Assembly: GCA_903835075.1 (NCBI GenBank)
Contig: CAILLM010000004.1
Span: forward strand, 144,532-208,531
From: Candidatus Staskawiczbacteria bacterium
GTDB lineage: Bacteria; Patescibacteriota; Minisyncoccia; Minisyncoccales; Staskawiczbacteraceae
Direction: 5' to 3'
Length of the DNA stretch: 64,000 nt
Positions within the stretch are counted from its first letter, which is position 1; each line of letters opens with the position of its first letter. The position numbers and the translations under genes were made by a program. Below the pieces are notes generated by a model. That model made no database searches, had not been told where the DNA came from, and was given only the letters and a program-made list of their open reading frames with translations. Of this stretch, positions 9,832 to 19,224 are shown piece after piece.

Positions 9832-10517
9832 AACTCATTTTTTAAGCTACGGTAAGAATAGAAAGCTTCAGCATAGTTTAGGCAATTTTTTGCCCCCCAT
9901 AGTCGGGCATTTATTTTTATGGCTTCTAGTGATCTGGGGTGAGGGAAGTCTTTTAGTTCAGAGGCATAACAAGACATCGCTTTTATTTTTTGGTCTATTT
10001 CGTTTGTTACATCAACAAATATATTAGGTAGGAAAACATTACCGGGAATATTGTTTCCATTTTCTGTTGAAGAAAGAGTCTCAAACATATATATATCTTT
10101 TACACATTTATTTTCTGTAGGTCTGCATGCAATTATTACTGCTTTAGACGTTAAGTGGTGATCAATATTAATGTCTCCAAAATGATGGGTCAGAACTATC
10201 TCAGGTTTTATTCTGTTAATCACGTCGGATACTTTTTTGACTATTTCTAGGAAACTGACTGTGTCGAATTGGTTATCCGGAAAATCTGCCCATTCGTAAG
10301 AAGTAATACCTAAAAGCTTTACTGATTCTTCTAGTTCGGCTCGAGTTTTTTCTTGTACGTGTTCAATATTCGGTTCATTGCGAGATGACCGTCCTTCACT
10401 CAACACAAGAAGGGATACGTTATCTCCATTATTTGTATGTTTTATAATAATTCCGCCTGGGCCGATCACTTCATCATCGGGGTGGGCTACTATAACTAAG
10501 ATATTTTTTTTATTCAT
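9828..10517 (-). CDS. PIG-L/LmbE-family N-acetylglucosaminyl deacetylase
   Basis: 229 aa; ILVIVAHPDDEVIG and HHFGDINIDHH motifs. Confidence 0.85.
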   Translation of the reverse strand: MNKKNILVIVAHPDDEVIGPGGIIIKHTNNGDNVSLLVLSEGRSSRNEPNIEHVQEKTRAELEESVKLLGITSYEWADFPDNQFDTVSFLEIVKKVSDVINRIKPEIVLTHHFGDINIDHHLTSKAVIIACRPTENKCVKDIYMFETLSSTENGNNIPGNVFLPNIFVDVTNEIDQKIKAMSCYASELKDFPHPRSLEAIKINARLWGAKNCLNYAEAFYSYRSLKNEL

Positions 10518-10555
10518 TTCATTTTTGAGTCATAACCTGGCGAGCTAGCCAGGTA

Positions 10556-10584
10556 TTGACTAATTTTGTATATTATAATATAAT
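10556..10584 (+). promoter_or_regulatory. sigma-70-type promoter (TTGACT-17-TATAAT) for the RNHCP gene
   Basis: TTGACT 10556-10561, 17-nt spacer, TATAAT 10579-10584. Confidence 0.6.
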
Positions 10585-10638
10585 AATACATTCTACTGAA
10601 AAATTCAATACCTAGCAACCAACAGAAAGGAGATCGAG

Positions 10639-11145
10639 ATGAAGCATAGTAGAAAGATTGGTGATGGAGATGATGATGATTTTCCTGTCCGAATTGACGG
10701 AAAACGCCTAGACAGGCAAAAAAGGAAACTCATCAAGCAGTCTCGTGGTATATCTTTTCGGTGCGTCCATTGCTCCGTTGAGATTTCCACCAATGCCACT
10801 GCAACGGCCCATCGGAATCATTGTCCGATGTGTCTGTGGTCAAGGCACGTTGATAACTCTGTAGGGGACAGAAGGTCGACTTGTTTGTCAGCTATGAAGC
10901 CATTGGGGCTTTCAATCAAAGAACCTGGCGAAGAGCTAATGATTGTTCACCAATGTGTAGCTTGCGACAAGATTATCAGAAATCGTATCGCAGGCGATGA
11001 CAACAGTTTCGTAATTATGGATCTTCTAGAGAGCAGTTTGCTGCTCCCCGAAGAGAAAGAATGCGAGATCGCCAAGGCTGGCATACAATTATGTGTCGAT
11101 AGGGAACTTGTTTCCCAATGTCTTTGGGGCAAAGCGACGATATGA
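10639..11145 (+). CDS. RNHCP-domain zinc-finger protein
   Basis: 168 aa with the literal AHRNHCPMCLWSRHVD motif plus further CxxC pairs; clearly more GC-rich than its neighbours. Confidence 0.7.
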   Translation: MKHSRKIGDGDDDDFPVRIDGKRLDRQKRKLIKQSRGISFRCVHCSVEISTNATATAHRNHCPMCLWSRHVDNSVGDRRSTCLSAMKPLGLSIKEPGEELMIVHQCVACDKIIRNRIAGDDNSFVIMDLLESSLLLPEEKECEIAKAGIQLCVDRELVSQCLWGKATI

Positions 11146-11184
11146 TGATCTGTCCCCGACCAAAAATGGTAGAGAAATCTGCCG

Positions 11185-11226
11185 GGGGGAGAGGCATTGT
11201 GTCTTTCCCCTTTTTTATTTCTTGAA
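11185..11226 (+). terminator. intrinsic terminator
   Basis: GGGGAGAGgcattgtgtCTTTCCCC followed by TTTTTT. Confidence 0.7.
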
Positions 11227-11276
11227 TAAATTTATATAATATAACAGGCATTAGTATTCAATAATATTTTAAATAT

Positions 11277-12011
11277 ATGAAAAAAAGGATAAATAAACAT
11301 AGAGTTGGTATCCTAGGTTTTGGAGAAGTGGGCTCAGCAATTGCTAAGCTTTACAAAAATCCTAAGATAAAAGACCTGAAAAGAGATGACGGCCTTATGG
11401 GTGTTGATATTTTGAATGTGTGTATACCATGGAGCAAAGATTTTATAACTATAGTAAGAAAAGAAATTCAAATAATTAACCCTAAATTAACTATTATTCA
11501 TTCAACCGTAGAGCCCGGGACTACAAAAAAGTTGGCCGATATTTTCAATGGGATGGTTGTCCATAGTCCTATCCGTGGAACCCATCCTAATCTTTTTAAA
11601 GGATTGAAAACTTTCACAAAATATATCGGCTCAGACAATAAAAGGACTGGACTTTTAGCTAAAAATCATCTAGAGAATATGGGTATAAAAACAAAAGTCT
11701 TTATATCTTCAAAGACCACAGAGATGGGTAAACTTCTTGACACAACTTATTATGGGGTTTGTATAGCCTGGCATGGTGAAATGAAAAAAGTTTGCGATAA
11801 ATTGGGAATAAATTTTGAGCAAGCTGTAAATGATTTTAACGATACCTATAATGACGGGTATACAAAACTAGGTAAAAAATATGTTGTAAGACCAGTTCTT
11901 TACCCACCAACACACGGAATCGGAGGGCACTGCGTTATTCCAAATGCTAAAATTTTAAAAAAATATCTAAAAAGCAATGCCATTGATCTTGTGCTAGGCT
12001 ACGACCTTTAG
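11277..12011 (+). CDS. Rossmann-fold protein, short nucleotide-sugar dehydrogenase-like
   Basis: 244 aa; VGILGFGEVGSAIA dinucleotide-binding motif; HGIGGHCVIPN recalls the catalytic Cys region of UDP-glucose/GDP-mannose dehydrogenases. Confidence 0.4.
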   Translation: MKKRINKHRVGILGFGEVGSAIAKLYKNPKIKDLKRDDGLMGVDILNVCIPWSKDFITIVRKEIQIINPKLTIIHSTVEPGTTKKLADIFNGMVVHSPIRGTHPNLFKGLKTFTKYIGSDNKRTGLLAKNHLENMGIKTKVFISSKTTEMGKLLDTTYYGVCIAWHGEMKKVCDKLGINFEQAVNDFNDTYNDGYTKLGKKYVVRPVLYPPTHGIGGHCVIPNAKILKKYLKSNAIDLVLGYDL

Positions 12012-12075
12012 GGTGTGAATATTTTTTTGTGCATTGTGGTAAGATAAATACAATAAATACTTAAATATAGAAAAA

Positions 12076-12669
12076 TTGGACTATAAAATATTTTTTGTTA
12101 TTTTTTCTGTCGTTGCCGGGTTGGTAGGTTTTTTGCCTTACTTGGGAGATGTTTTCTATCGGAAAACGAAACCGCATGTGTACACTTGGCTTATTTGGGC
12201 GATAACCCAGGGCACTGCAACGCTTGGGATATATTATGGTGGTGGTGGTTGGGGAGGGCTGGAATTGACGATAGGAACTATTTTTGTCATCGTTATATTT
12301 TTATTTTCCTTGAAAGACGGAACTAAAAATATTACAAAATCCGATACGATTATATTGATAATGGCATTTGTGGCAATTTTATTTTGGTGGCAGTTAAAAC
12401 AGCCAGTATTGTCAGTTGTATTAGTTTCTACAATAGATATCTTCGGATATATTCCAACTTTCAGGAAGACATACAAGGATCCTTGGAGTGAAACACTGAC
12501 AACTTGGATTATATTCGCGTTATCTAATATCTTTGCAATATTGGCACTTAGCGAATATAATTTTTTAACAGTGACTTATTTGGCTTCAATCGCTATAGTA
12601 AACGTATTATTTTTTATATTCTGTGCATCGAGACGATATGTTAGTAAGAAAAATATTTTAGTTCAGTAG
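12076..12669 (+). CDS. integral membrane protein with a 3+3 TM internal repeat
   Basis: 197 aa, about 6 hydrophobic helices; repeated motif GFLPYLGDVFYRKTKPHVYTW / GYIPTFRKTYKDPWSETLTTW. Confidence 0.5.
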   Translation: MDYKIFFVIFSVVAGLVGFLPYLGDVFYRKTKPHVYTWLIWAITQGTATLGIYYGGGGWGGLELTIGTIFVIVIFLFSLKDGTKNITKSDTIILIMAFVAILFWWQLKQPVLSVVLVSTIDIFGYIPTFRKTYKDPWSETLTTWIIFALSNIFAILALSEYNFLTVTYLASIAIVNVLFFIFCASRRYVSKKNILVQ

Positions 12670-12691
12670 TTGTAAATAAACTTTTAAAAAT

Positions 12692-13024
12692 ATGGAAAAA
12701 ATAAAATTTAAACAAGATAAATATAAAAAGAATCGTGGCGGATATTCAAGATTTTTAGAAATAAAATGTGAAAGTTGTAGCGCTTTCATCGCCTTGTATC
12801 AGAAAGATGGGCCGGGTCCGCTGAAAAGGATGTATATAGATAGGATATTTTCTCCACAGAACTTAGTGAACTTACAAAAAGTTTCATTTAAAAAAATAAC
12901 CAACCTCACATGTTCTCATTGTAAACATATAATTGGTGTTCCAATTATCTACAAGAAGGAAAGTAGGCCTGCTTTTAGATTATTTGTCGGGGCTATAACC
13001 AAAAAGGTGGCAAAACTAAAATAG
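12692..13024 (+). CDS. 110-aa zinc-ribbon protein, copy 1
   Basis: CESC...CSHC pairs; paralog of 20775-21107 (7 of 110 residues differ). Confidence 0.7.
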   Translation: MEKIKFKQDKYKKNRGGYSRFLEIKCESCSAFIALYQKDGPGPLKRMYIDRIFSPQNLVNLQKVSFKKITNLTCSHCKHIIGVPIIYKKESRPAFRLFVGAITKKVAKLK

Positions 13025-13268
13025 TAAAAAGGTAATATATCTTATTTTCACCTAAAATTACTGGAAATAAGACACTTCCAAGATTTGTTAAAATCAAAAA
13101 CAAATGAGACACTAAAATGGTACGATATTTTGTCTCATTAGTCTCATTTCCCGAATAAAATTATAAGAAGTGAGACTCGGAGAATCTCGCCAATTTTATA
13201 TAAATTTTCTATAATTAAGCCCTACTAGGACACATCAGTTGGAAAACTCAAAAGGGTCTAATTTCCCC

Positions 13269-15023
13269 TTAGGGGATTGGGTTCGCAACTGACTCATTCA
13301 GCCATCGTGGAGAAAACGGCGTAGAAGCGCCGTTTTTAGCTGTAAAATCGGCTAAAATTCCAGGTTCGAGCGTGGCTAAAAGCGCTTTCTGTTCTTTAAG
13401 CTCGTTTTCTATCAACATATAGGGGTGTAGCTTATCGATAGTTAGGATTCCATCTTTTATGATTAGGTTCGAGCCGATAGTAGAAAATATCTCTCTTTTC
13501 TCTCTTAGGTTTGGCGTATTAAATTGTTTTAGTGCAAATGTGCAGAAATTAAAAACACGCTCGGATGTCTCAAGATCTCTGTCTAATTTTTCTTTGCTGC
13601 CTCCCATTTGTTTTTCTAAATTTGTTCTCTCAGAAATTATTTGTTTTTTCTGGGCCATAAAATCTTCGGGCGTGTAAAGCTCATACTTTGAATTAAGAGG
13701 GGAGGTGAACTCTCTGTTTAAATTTACTAATCTTTTTTGACAGTCATCAAATGCGTCTTGCAGAGAAACGCGAATGACTTTTTCTTCATTGCCGGACTCT
13801 TTTTGTTTTTCTTGTAAATAATCTATAGCTATTTTTAGATAACCGTCATCAATAGTTATATCTCCCAATATTTTATTAAACTGATTTTCCAAATCTTTAA
13901 CCTTAATATATTTTTGAGTGCAGTTAAGATTTCTTTTCTTTGTACATCGATAGTATATGTATTCTAAGATTTTGGGGTTTTCCATTAAGGAAATATCTGT
14001 TGAGCATTTTGGGCAAGCGGTGGTATTCACATGAGAAAATTTATGTTTGCATTTAGTGCAGATTATTTGATGTTTCTCTTCGGCCGTGATTGATGAGCCA
14101 CATTCTCCACATTTCATTGTTCCGGTAAAAGCGAATTCTCTTGTTTTTGGTTGTGGTTTGCCTTTTTTACCTAAAAGAATTTGTGCCCTCCTATATTCAT
14201 TCTCGGTGATCATGGGCTTATGATTGCCCTTAATCATAGCGATTTCTCCAGTCTCTGAATCTTTCCACGGATAAAAACCATAGTAAAAAGGACTATTAAA
14301 TATCTTATAAATAAGACTTATCGTTAGGGGATTACCTCCCTGTTTTCTGTGCATTATTGTTCTTAAACCCCATTCTTTATCGCTGATATTTCTAATTTTA
14401 GAAACCGAATAAGTTCCAGTAAGAAATAAATCCCACATTTTGCGGACAAGTTCAAAACGCTCTGGGTCTGGCGCGATAGTCTTGCTGCCTTTTTCTATTT
14501 CTACGTTTATATATCCAATCGGCCCCCCGGACGGTCGCCAGCCACGCATAGCCTTGCTGTTCAATCCGCGCTTCACATTTTTAGAAAGGCGCATTACATA
14601 ATCAGTAGCCCTGCCACCCTCTATGCTCATTAGGAGCCCGGCATCTTCTGGAAAGTACGAACGGCCAGGAGTTTTAATAACCTTAATAACGCCTTTTTGG
14701 AGCATCCATTGTAGCCTGCCATTATCAATCGGGTTGCGCGACAATCTGTCACAATCGTAACAGATTAAAGCGTTGGCCTCCCCATTCTCAATCCTATTCA
14801 ACATATCGTTGAATACAGGCCTTCCTGGGTCTTTGGCGCTCTTTTCTTCGGTGAATGGTGGTTTTACCAAATCCAACTGCTCGCGTTCAACTAAGCGCCT
14901 TAAAACTTCTTTCTGGTCGCCTATAGAAGCGATTTGTCTTTGGGAGGACTCCTCTGAACTTTTTCGGCAATACCCAAAAAATTTTGTTGTATCTTGTATT
15001 TTTTTATTCATATTTTTAAACAT
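13269..15023 (-). CDS. large serine recombinase (resolvase N-domain, recombinase domain, zinc ribbon)
   Basis: 584 aa; FGYCRKSSEESSQRQIASIGDQ (catalytic Ser region), CYDCDRLSRN, Cys-rich MKCGECGS...CTKCKH...CPKC. Confidence 0.9.
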   Translation of the reverse strand: MFKNMNKKIQDTTKFFGYCRKSSEESSQRQIASIGDQKEVLRRLVEREQLDLVKPPFTEEKSAKDPGRPVFNDMLNRIENGEANALICYDCDRLSRNPIDNGRLQWMLQKGVIKVIKTPGRSYFPEDAGLLMSIEGGRATDYVMRLSKNVKRGLNSKAMRGWRPSGGPIGYINVEIEKGSKTIAPDPERFELVRKMWDLFLTGTYSVSKIRNISDKEWGLRTIMHRKQGGNPLTISLIYKIFNSPFYYGFYPWKDSETGEIAMIKGNHKPMITENEYRRAQILLGKKGKPQPKTREFAFTGTMKCGECGSSITAEEKHQIICTKCKHKFSHVNTTACPKCSTDISLMENPKILEYIYYRCTKKRNLNCTQKYIKVKDLENQFNKILGDITIDDGYLKIAIDYLQEKQKESGNEEKVIRVSLQDAFDDCQKRLVNLNREFTSPLNSKYELYTPEDFMAQKKQIISERTNLEKQMGGSKEKLDRDLETSERVFNFCTFALKQFNTPNLREKREIFSTIGSNLIIKDGILTIDKLHPYMLIENELKEQKALLATLEPGILADFTAKNGASTPFSPRWLNESVANPIP

Positions 15024-15170
15024 ACTAAAAGGGACTGGAAAGCAAAAGGTTATTTGTTAAGGACAACCCAGTTTCCAGCCCCTTGTAGTATTCTATTGAT
15101 ATAAATAAAATACCCTTTGCCATGCTGAATTGTCCTTAACGATTTAATTATATAACATTTCTTGGTTTTA

Positions 15171-15449
15171 TCAACGTTTTGCATGTCCGCCACCCCTCAT
15201 TGGCGTTGGGGGCATCCTCCCAATACTATCAATTTCATCGAAAAATTCGATAATTTCTTTCCCATTTACTTCGGAAAATTTTATTTTTTTACTTATTTTT
15301 TTTAGCCTCCAAACATCCCAGTTATCAAAAGAATGAGGGCAGTAAGCATCTTCTCTCCAGCGTTTTTTACAATCACTACAATAGTTCGAATTTTGAATAA
15401 AAAGTGCGTTTATATGAGCCTCAGTTGTTGGTATAAATTTGTTTTGCAT
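15171..15449 (-). CDS. hypothetical small Cys/His-containing protein
   Basis: 92-aa ORF between the recombinase and primase genes; CSDCKKRW...YCPH. Confidence 0.4.
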   Translation of the reverse strand: MQNKFIPTTEAHINALFIQNSNYCSDCKKRWREDAYCPHSFDNWDVWRLKKISKKIKFSEVNGKEIIEFFDEIDSIGRMPPTPMRGGGHAKR

Positions 15450-15613
15450 ATTTTGATTATTTAATTAAACATGTTCTATTTTGCTAGTTCTGCCTAGCAG
15501 ATGACCAGCAACAGGCAACTGATTTAATGTTTTGTATCCACGCATCCCACCGCGTGGATACATATAAATACTGCTGGTTACTAGTTATTACTATATAGAT
15601 AGATATCCTATAA

Positions 15614-17578
15614 CTAGCACGATTCAATCTGTGATATATCGGGAGGATTCAGTCCGCTATCTTTTTCTATAAAATACAAAAGTTCATTGCTCTTTCCTAC
15701 CGGATTAAAAAGTTTAAGCCCTCTTTTTATAGCCTCTGCTCTGGTTATTTCTTTAACGCCTTCTTTCCCATTTGCTAATAATTTAGTTGCCATTTTGATG
15801 GCGGTATCCCCTCCAATTTTTAAATGCTTAAAATCTTTTCTGCCGAGTAATTCATCCCTCCTCTCAAGCTCATAAATGATCCCAGCCACCGCCTCATTTA
15901 AGGCCTGCTCTTTCGGTTTATGATCTCCCAAATATTCAAAATCAATTCCGCTATCGCTGATTTTAATGCTTATATCAAAATCAGAAAGTTTTTTACCAGC
16001 TTTAGTTTTTAAATGTTTAACTATTAAAAATTTTTCTCCATCTTTTTCAAATTCCTCAAGGGCTATGTGTCCGCTTATCGAAGCGTTTATTGCTGATGAA
16101 CCGCGAGACATTTCAGCGTCGTCGGCCCTCATAAAACCATTTTTCTTTTTATTGTGGTGCGTGAAAATAACCGTTATGCCCTCTCGATTGATTCTCTTAA
16201 ATCTGTCTAAAACTTTCTGCATTTCTTGACTGCTATTTTCTTCTGCATCGTGTATTGCCCTTAAACTGTCAAACATAATAACTCCAATATTTTTCTCCTT
16301 AGCTTCTTTAATAAGATTATCAACAAATTCATCTGTGAGTTTTGAGCCTTGAGCGATGCGATAGAAAATAGAAAGCGAGGGATCCGTAAGATTGAGAAGC
16401 TTTAGTCTATCCTGAATTAAGCATGCAATATCTTCTTCATTTACAATCATTACATTGTTTTTCTCTGTCGCGAATTTTCCAAACAAAGAAGTGCCGGTGA
16501 CAATATGTTTAGCATAAAGAAATAGCCACCACGATTTCCATCCGTTTGGCGGTGCCGATATCATATTCATAGCGCCTTTTTCGCACAGTATGTCAATTAC
16601 ATATCGTACCGGAGGAAATATTGTCGCCATAAGTTCAGCGTGGGTCATGGCCGGCAGATAATTATTTACAACATCATTCTCCGGACTGTTTTGATTTTGG
16701 TTGTTCCAATTCATGGTTTCTAGGTGATAACATTTTTCAAACATTCCTTCTCTGTAATCCTTTCTATCCCATTTTTCACGCATCAAGCCGGAGCTTCTAA
16801 ATATCCTATCTGCGACTACTGTATTATTTTGGCAGAAAAACATTAATGATCCCACAAAAGATAAATCGGCTTCGGATTGCGACTTTTTTTCTTCTTTTCT
16901 AAAATACTTCTCCCAATTTCCTTGATATAAGTCTTTTAGTTTTTCTCCGTGTTTGCTTTTGAACATCACCTCTAATATTTTGTTGTCGTCCGGCAAAAGA
17001 GTGGACTGTTGTGTTTGTGGAATTTGTTTTTCTTTTTTAGGATTATCCTTAATAAATGAATTATGCCATTTTAGGAAAAAATCCTGGTCATATTGCTTTA
17101 ATTCTTTATAATCGCCATAAATGTTTCCAGTAACTGTAAAATATCTGCCCCTACAATATCTCTCAATATCGCCGTCTCCAATATAGGTTTTGGCTCCTTT
17201 AAAATCAGCCTCGCATAAAATAAAGATATGAAGACCAGTTCCAGATGGAGAGATTTCTATATAACTTGGAAATAAATCAACAATATCTTTTGCCCATTGT
17301 TTTAAAGTGAATCCGTCTTCTTCAAAACAGTGGTCTAGATCGATCCCGACTACCCCCTGTGTAAAAACATACCCCAATCCATTAAATTGGTTAGTCTCTA
17401 AAAGTTTTTTACAATTTTCAAAACTCAGCCAGTCATTAGGATTTGTACTAGCTGCTTTTTGAGCAGTATTTTTATATGGCACTTTAGTGGGTTTTTCTTT
17501 TCCGGCAACTTTTTCAAATTTCCAAACTATCCACTGTTTTTGCTCTTTTAATATTTGAGGAAATGCATCATATGACAT
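15614..17578 (-). CDS. bifunctional PrimPol-type primase with a RecA/DnaB-like (RepA-type) ATPase
   Basis: 654 aa. The N-terminus has GVVGIDLDHC and SPSGTGLHIFI (PrimPol motifs). The C-terminal half has a P-loop-like SAPPNGWKSWW and a Walker-B-like GVIMFDSL. Confidence 0.8.
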   Translation of the reverse strand: MSYDAFPQILKEQKQWIVWKFEKVAGKEKPTKVPYKNTAQKAASTNPNDWLSFENCKKLLETNQFNGLGYVFTQGVVGIDLDHCFEEDGFTLKQWAKDIVDLFPSYIEISPSGTGLHIFILCEADFKGAKTYIGDGDIERYCRGRYFTVTGNIYGDYKELKQYDQDFFLKWHNSFIKDNPKKEKQIPQTQQSTLLPDDNKILEVMFKSKHGEKLKDLYQGNWEKYFRKEEKKSQSEADLSFVGSLMFFCQNNTVVADRIFRSSGLMREKWDRKDYREGMFEKCYHLETMNWNNQNQNSPENDVVNNYLPAMTHAELMATIFPPVRYVIDILCEKGAMNMISAPPNGWKSWWLFLYAKHIVTGTSLFGKFATEKNNVMIVNEEDIACLIQDRLKLLNLTDPSLSIFYRIAQGSKLTDEFVDNLIKEAKEKNIGVIMFDSLRAIHDAEENSSQEMQKVLDRFKRINREGITVIFTHHNKKKNGFMRADDAEMSRGSSAINASISGHIALEEFEKDGEKFLIVKHLKTKAGKKLSDFDISIKISDSGIDFEYLGDHKPKEQALNEAVAGIIYELERRDELLGRKDFKHLKIGGDTAIKMATKLLANGKEGVKEITRAEAIKRGLKLFNPVGKSNELLYFIEKDSGLNPPDISQIESC

Positions 17579-17583
17579 ATAAT

Positions 17584-17751
17584 TTACTTTTTAATTTTTA
17601 ATTTAGAAATATCAACATTTTTTGTAATGGCCCCGACTAGGCATATAAGATTTTCAAAGTAATTCAAAGCTTCGTCATCTGATATGGTTTTCTTATTTTT
17701 GAGTTCGTATAACTCCTTAAATTTTTGTATATACTTTTGCTTGTCTAACAT
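17584..17751 (-). CDS. possible 55-aa protein upstream of the primase gene
   Basis: Not in the ORF track (under 60 aa). My translation is MLDKQKYIQKFKELYELKNKKTISDDEALNYFENLICLVGAITKNVDISKLKIKK. Its stop lies just upstream of the primase ATG. Confidence 0.3.
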   Translation of the reverse strand: MLDKQKYIQKFKELYELKNKKTISDDEALNYFENLICLVGAITKNVDISKLKIKK

Positions 17752-17752
17752 A

Positions 17753-17982
17753 AAAAAATCCGCTCATCTGCTGGCAGGTTTTCATCCTTTACATGACACC
17801 TGCCCGCAAATAAACGGACTTTCTAAAAGGATGAAATTTATGTCAGCTATTAAAAATTAAAACGTAAAAAGCCGACAGTTTATTCGCTGCCGGCTTAGAG
17901 TATGACTTGATTTTATAAAACGAAAAAGCCAAAACAATAAACGACAGTTTAAAAAAATAAACTGCAATCTATTGTTTTGGCT
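17753..17982 (-). terminator. three tandem stem-loop/U-tract structures (minus-strand sense)
   Basis: Hairpins at about 17753-17818, 17857-17896 and 17916-17982. Each is followed on the minus strand by a T-rich run (TTTTTTT, TTTTTACGTTTT, TTTTTCGTTTT). Confidence 0.5.
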
Positions 17983-18124
17983 CGTATAGCTCACCTCTGT
18001 GAGTTACCTATAGTAAGGAAACAATATTTTTAATGTGTGCATCCCGCACACAAGATGATTTCTGAACTTTAATGAACTCTTTACTCTATTATATAGCGAT
18101 CCCAATTGGTCAGTCAAGCCCTAC

Positions 18125-18430
18125 CTAAAAATAAATTATGCCGTCAGGGGTAAATTTAAAATAATTCATATGTTTGCAAAAGCGGCATTTCCAGTACTTT
18201 CCAATGCTGAAATCTCTCAATAATTTTTTAATTTTATCGGGCGAAGCAGTCGGGTACTCTTTTCCTAAAAAACTACTGCATTTTTTGCATTTCCATTTGA
18301 ACTTCTCATTCATTGTATAAATAAATATTAAAGTTTCAGTATGGTTTAAAATATCATCCACTTCTTGTCTTAAAACCATCAAATTTTCTTTATCCAGGAT
18401 TCGCTCAATTGCTCTCTTTCGGGAAAGCAC
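18125..18430 (-). CDS. zinc-ribbon protein, distantly similar in pattern to the 110-aa paralogs
   Basis: 101 aa; KCKKCSSF...(spacer)...CRFCKH, compared with KCESCSAF...CSHCKH in the 110-aa proteins. Confidence 0.45.
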   Translation of the reverse strand: MLSRKRAIERILDKENLMVLRQEVDDILNHTETLIFIYTMNEKFKWKCKKCSSFLGKEYPTASPDKIKKLLRDFSIGKYWKCRFCKHMNYFKFTPDGIIYF

Positions 18431-19224
18431 ACGGTTTCGAAATATGGATGACCACTAACGGCACTTTCAGTTGTGCAAAGGTGGCTAAGGATGTCGACCA
18501 AATCATTTTCTCGATTCATGGTCTGGCAGAAACTCATGAGGCGATTACTCAGAAACCAGGTTCATTTTTGCTGGCTCGTAGGCACATCGTAGAGGCTTCT
18601 ACGATGACCAGCGTTTCCATCAATATGGTGCTGATTAAGCGTAACTTTCATGAGCTGAATGATGTTTTCGCCTATTTCAGCCAACGATGTGAATTATCTA
18701 CATTCTATTCGCCAATTCCAATTAAATCTAATTCTGGTTTCGACTATAGTGAAGATTCTTTGGAAGTGACCGAGGAACTTCTCGAAGAATATCGGGCGAA
18801 GTTATCTATGATACCTCCTCCAAAACTTGGCTTAAAGCACGGTTACCAGAACATCTATCTTAACGATCCAACTTGTTATACTTCGGCTACAATACCATTG
18901 GCAAACTGCGCCGCTGGCAAGTACAAAATCGTTATTGACTATGATGCCGATGTTTACGCCTGTAACTTTTTCAGAAGTCCGGAATTCTTGTGTGGCAATA
19001 TCCTTTCCGGAGACGCAAAGGAGATATGGCATACCGGAAAAGGCTTTAATCATTTCAGGAGACTGAGCTTGAACGAGTCATTCCCGGATAAATGCAACAA
19101 TTGCATCAAACGCTTTAAATGTGCAGGCGGTTGCCTGGCATGGACAGAAGGATACAGAAATGAAAATTATGAAAACGTCAACGACTTCAGGTGTGAAATT
19201 GGGCATGCATTTGTTGGAGGTTGA
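18409..19224 (+). pseudogene. radical SAM/SPASM enzyme, 5'-truncated (no CxxxCxxC cluster region)
   Basis: The 271-aa frame begins mid-domain (WMTTNGTF...). The C-terminus is SPASM-like (CAAGKYKIVIDYDADVYACNF...CNNC...CAGGC). Upstream in-frame sequence is AT-rich with a stop at 18322. GC-rich. Confidence 0.65.

Larger units (their letters stand above)
13025..18430. mobile_element. integrated element with a large serine recombinase and a PrimPol/helicase replication module (boundaries approximate)
   Basis: Recombinase, primase-helicase and small ORFs all lie on the minus strand. The right side abuts a 5'-truncated GC-rich radical SAM gene at about 18400-18430. Confidence 0.6.

Noticed and set aside
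13217-18124. AAGCCCTAC 9-mer present near both ends of the recombinase element, as a target-site duplication
   Set aside because: A single 9-mer match between two ~250-bp regions is not clearly beyond chance. Its distance from the candidate inverted motif also differs at the two ends (50 versus 9 nt), and serine recombinases do not make long duplications. I kept it only as a note within the element finding.
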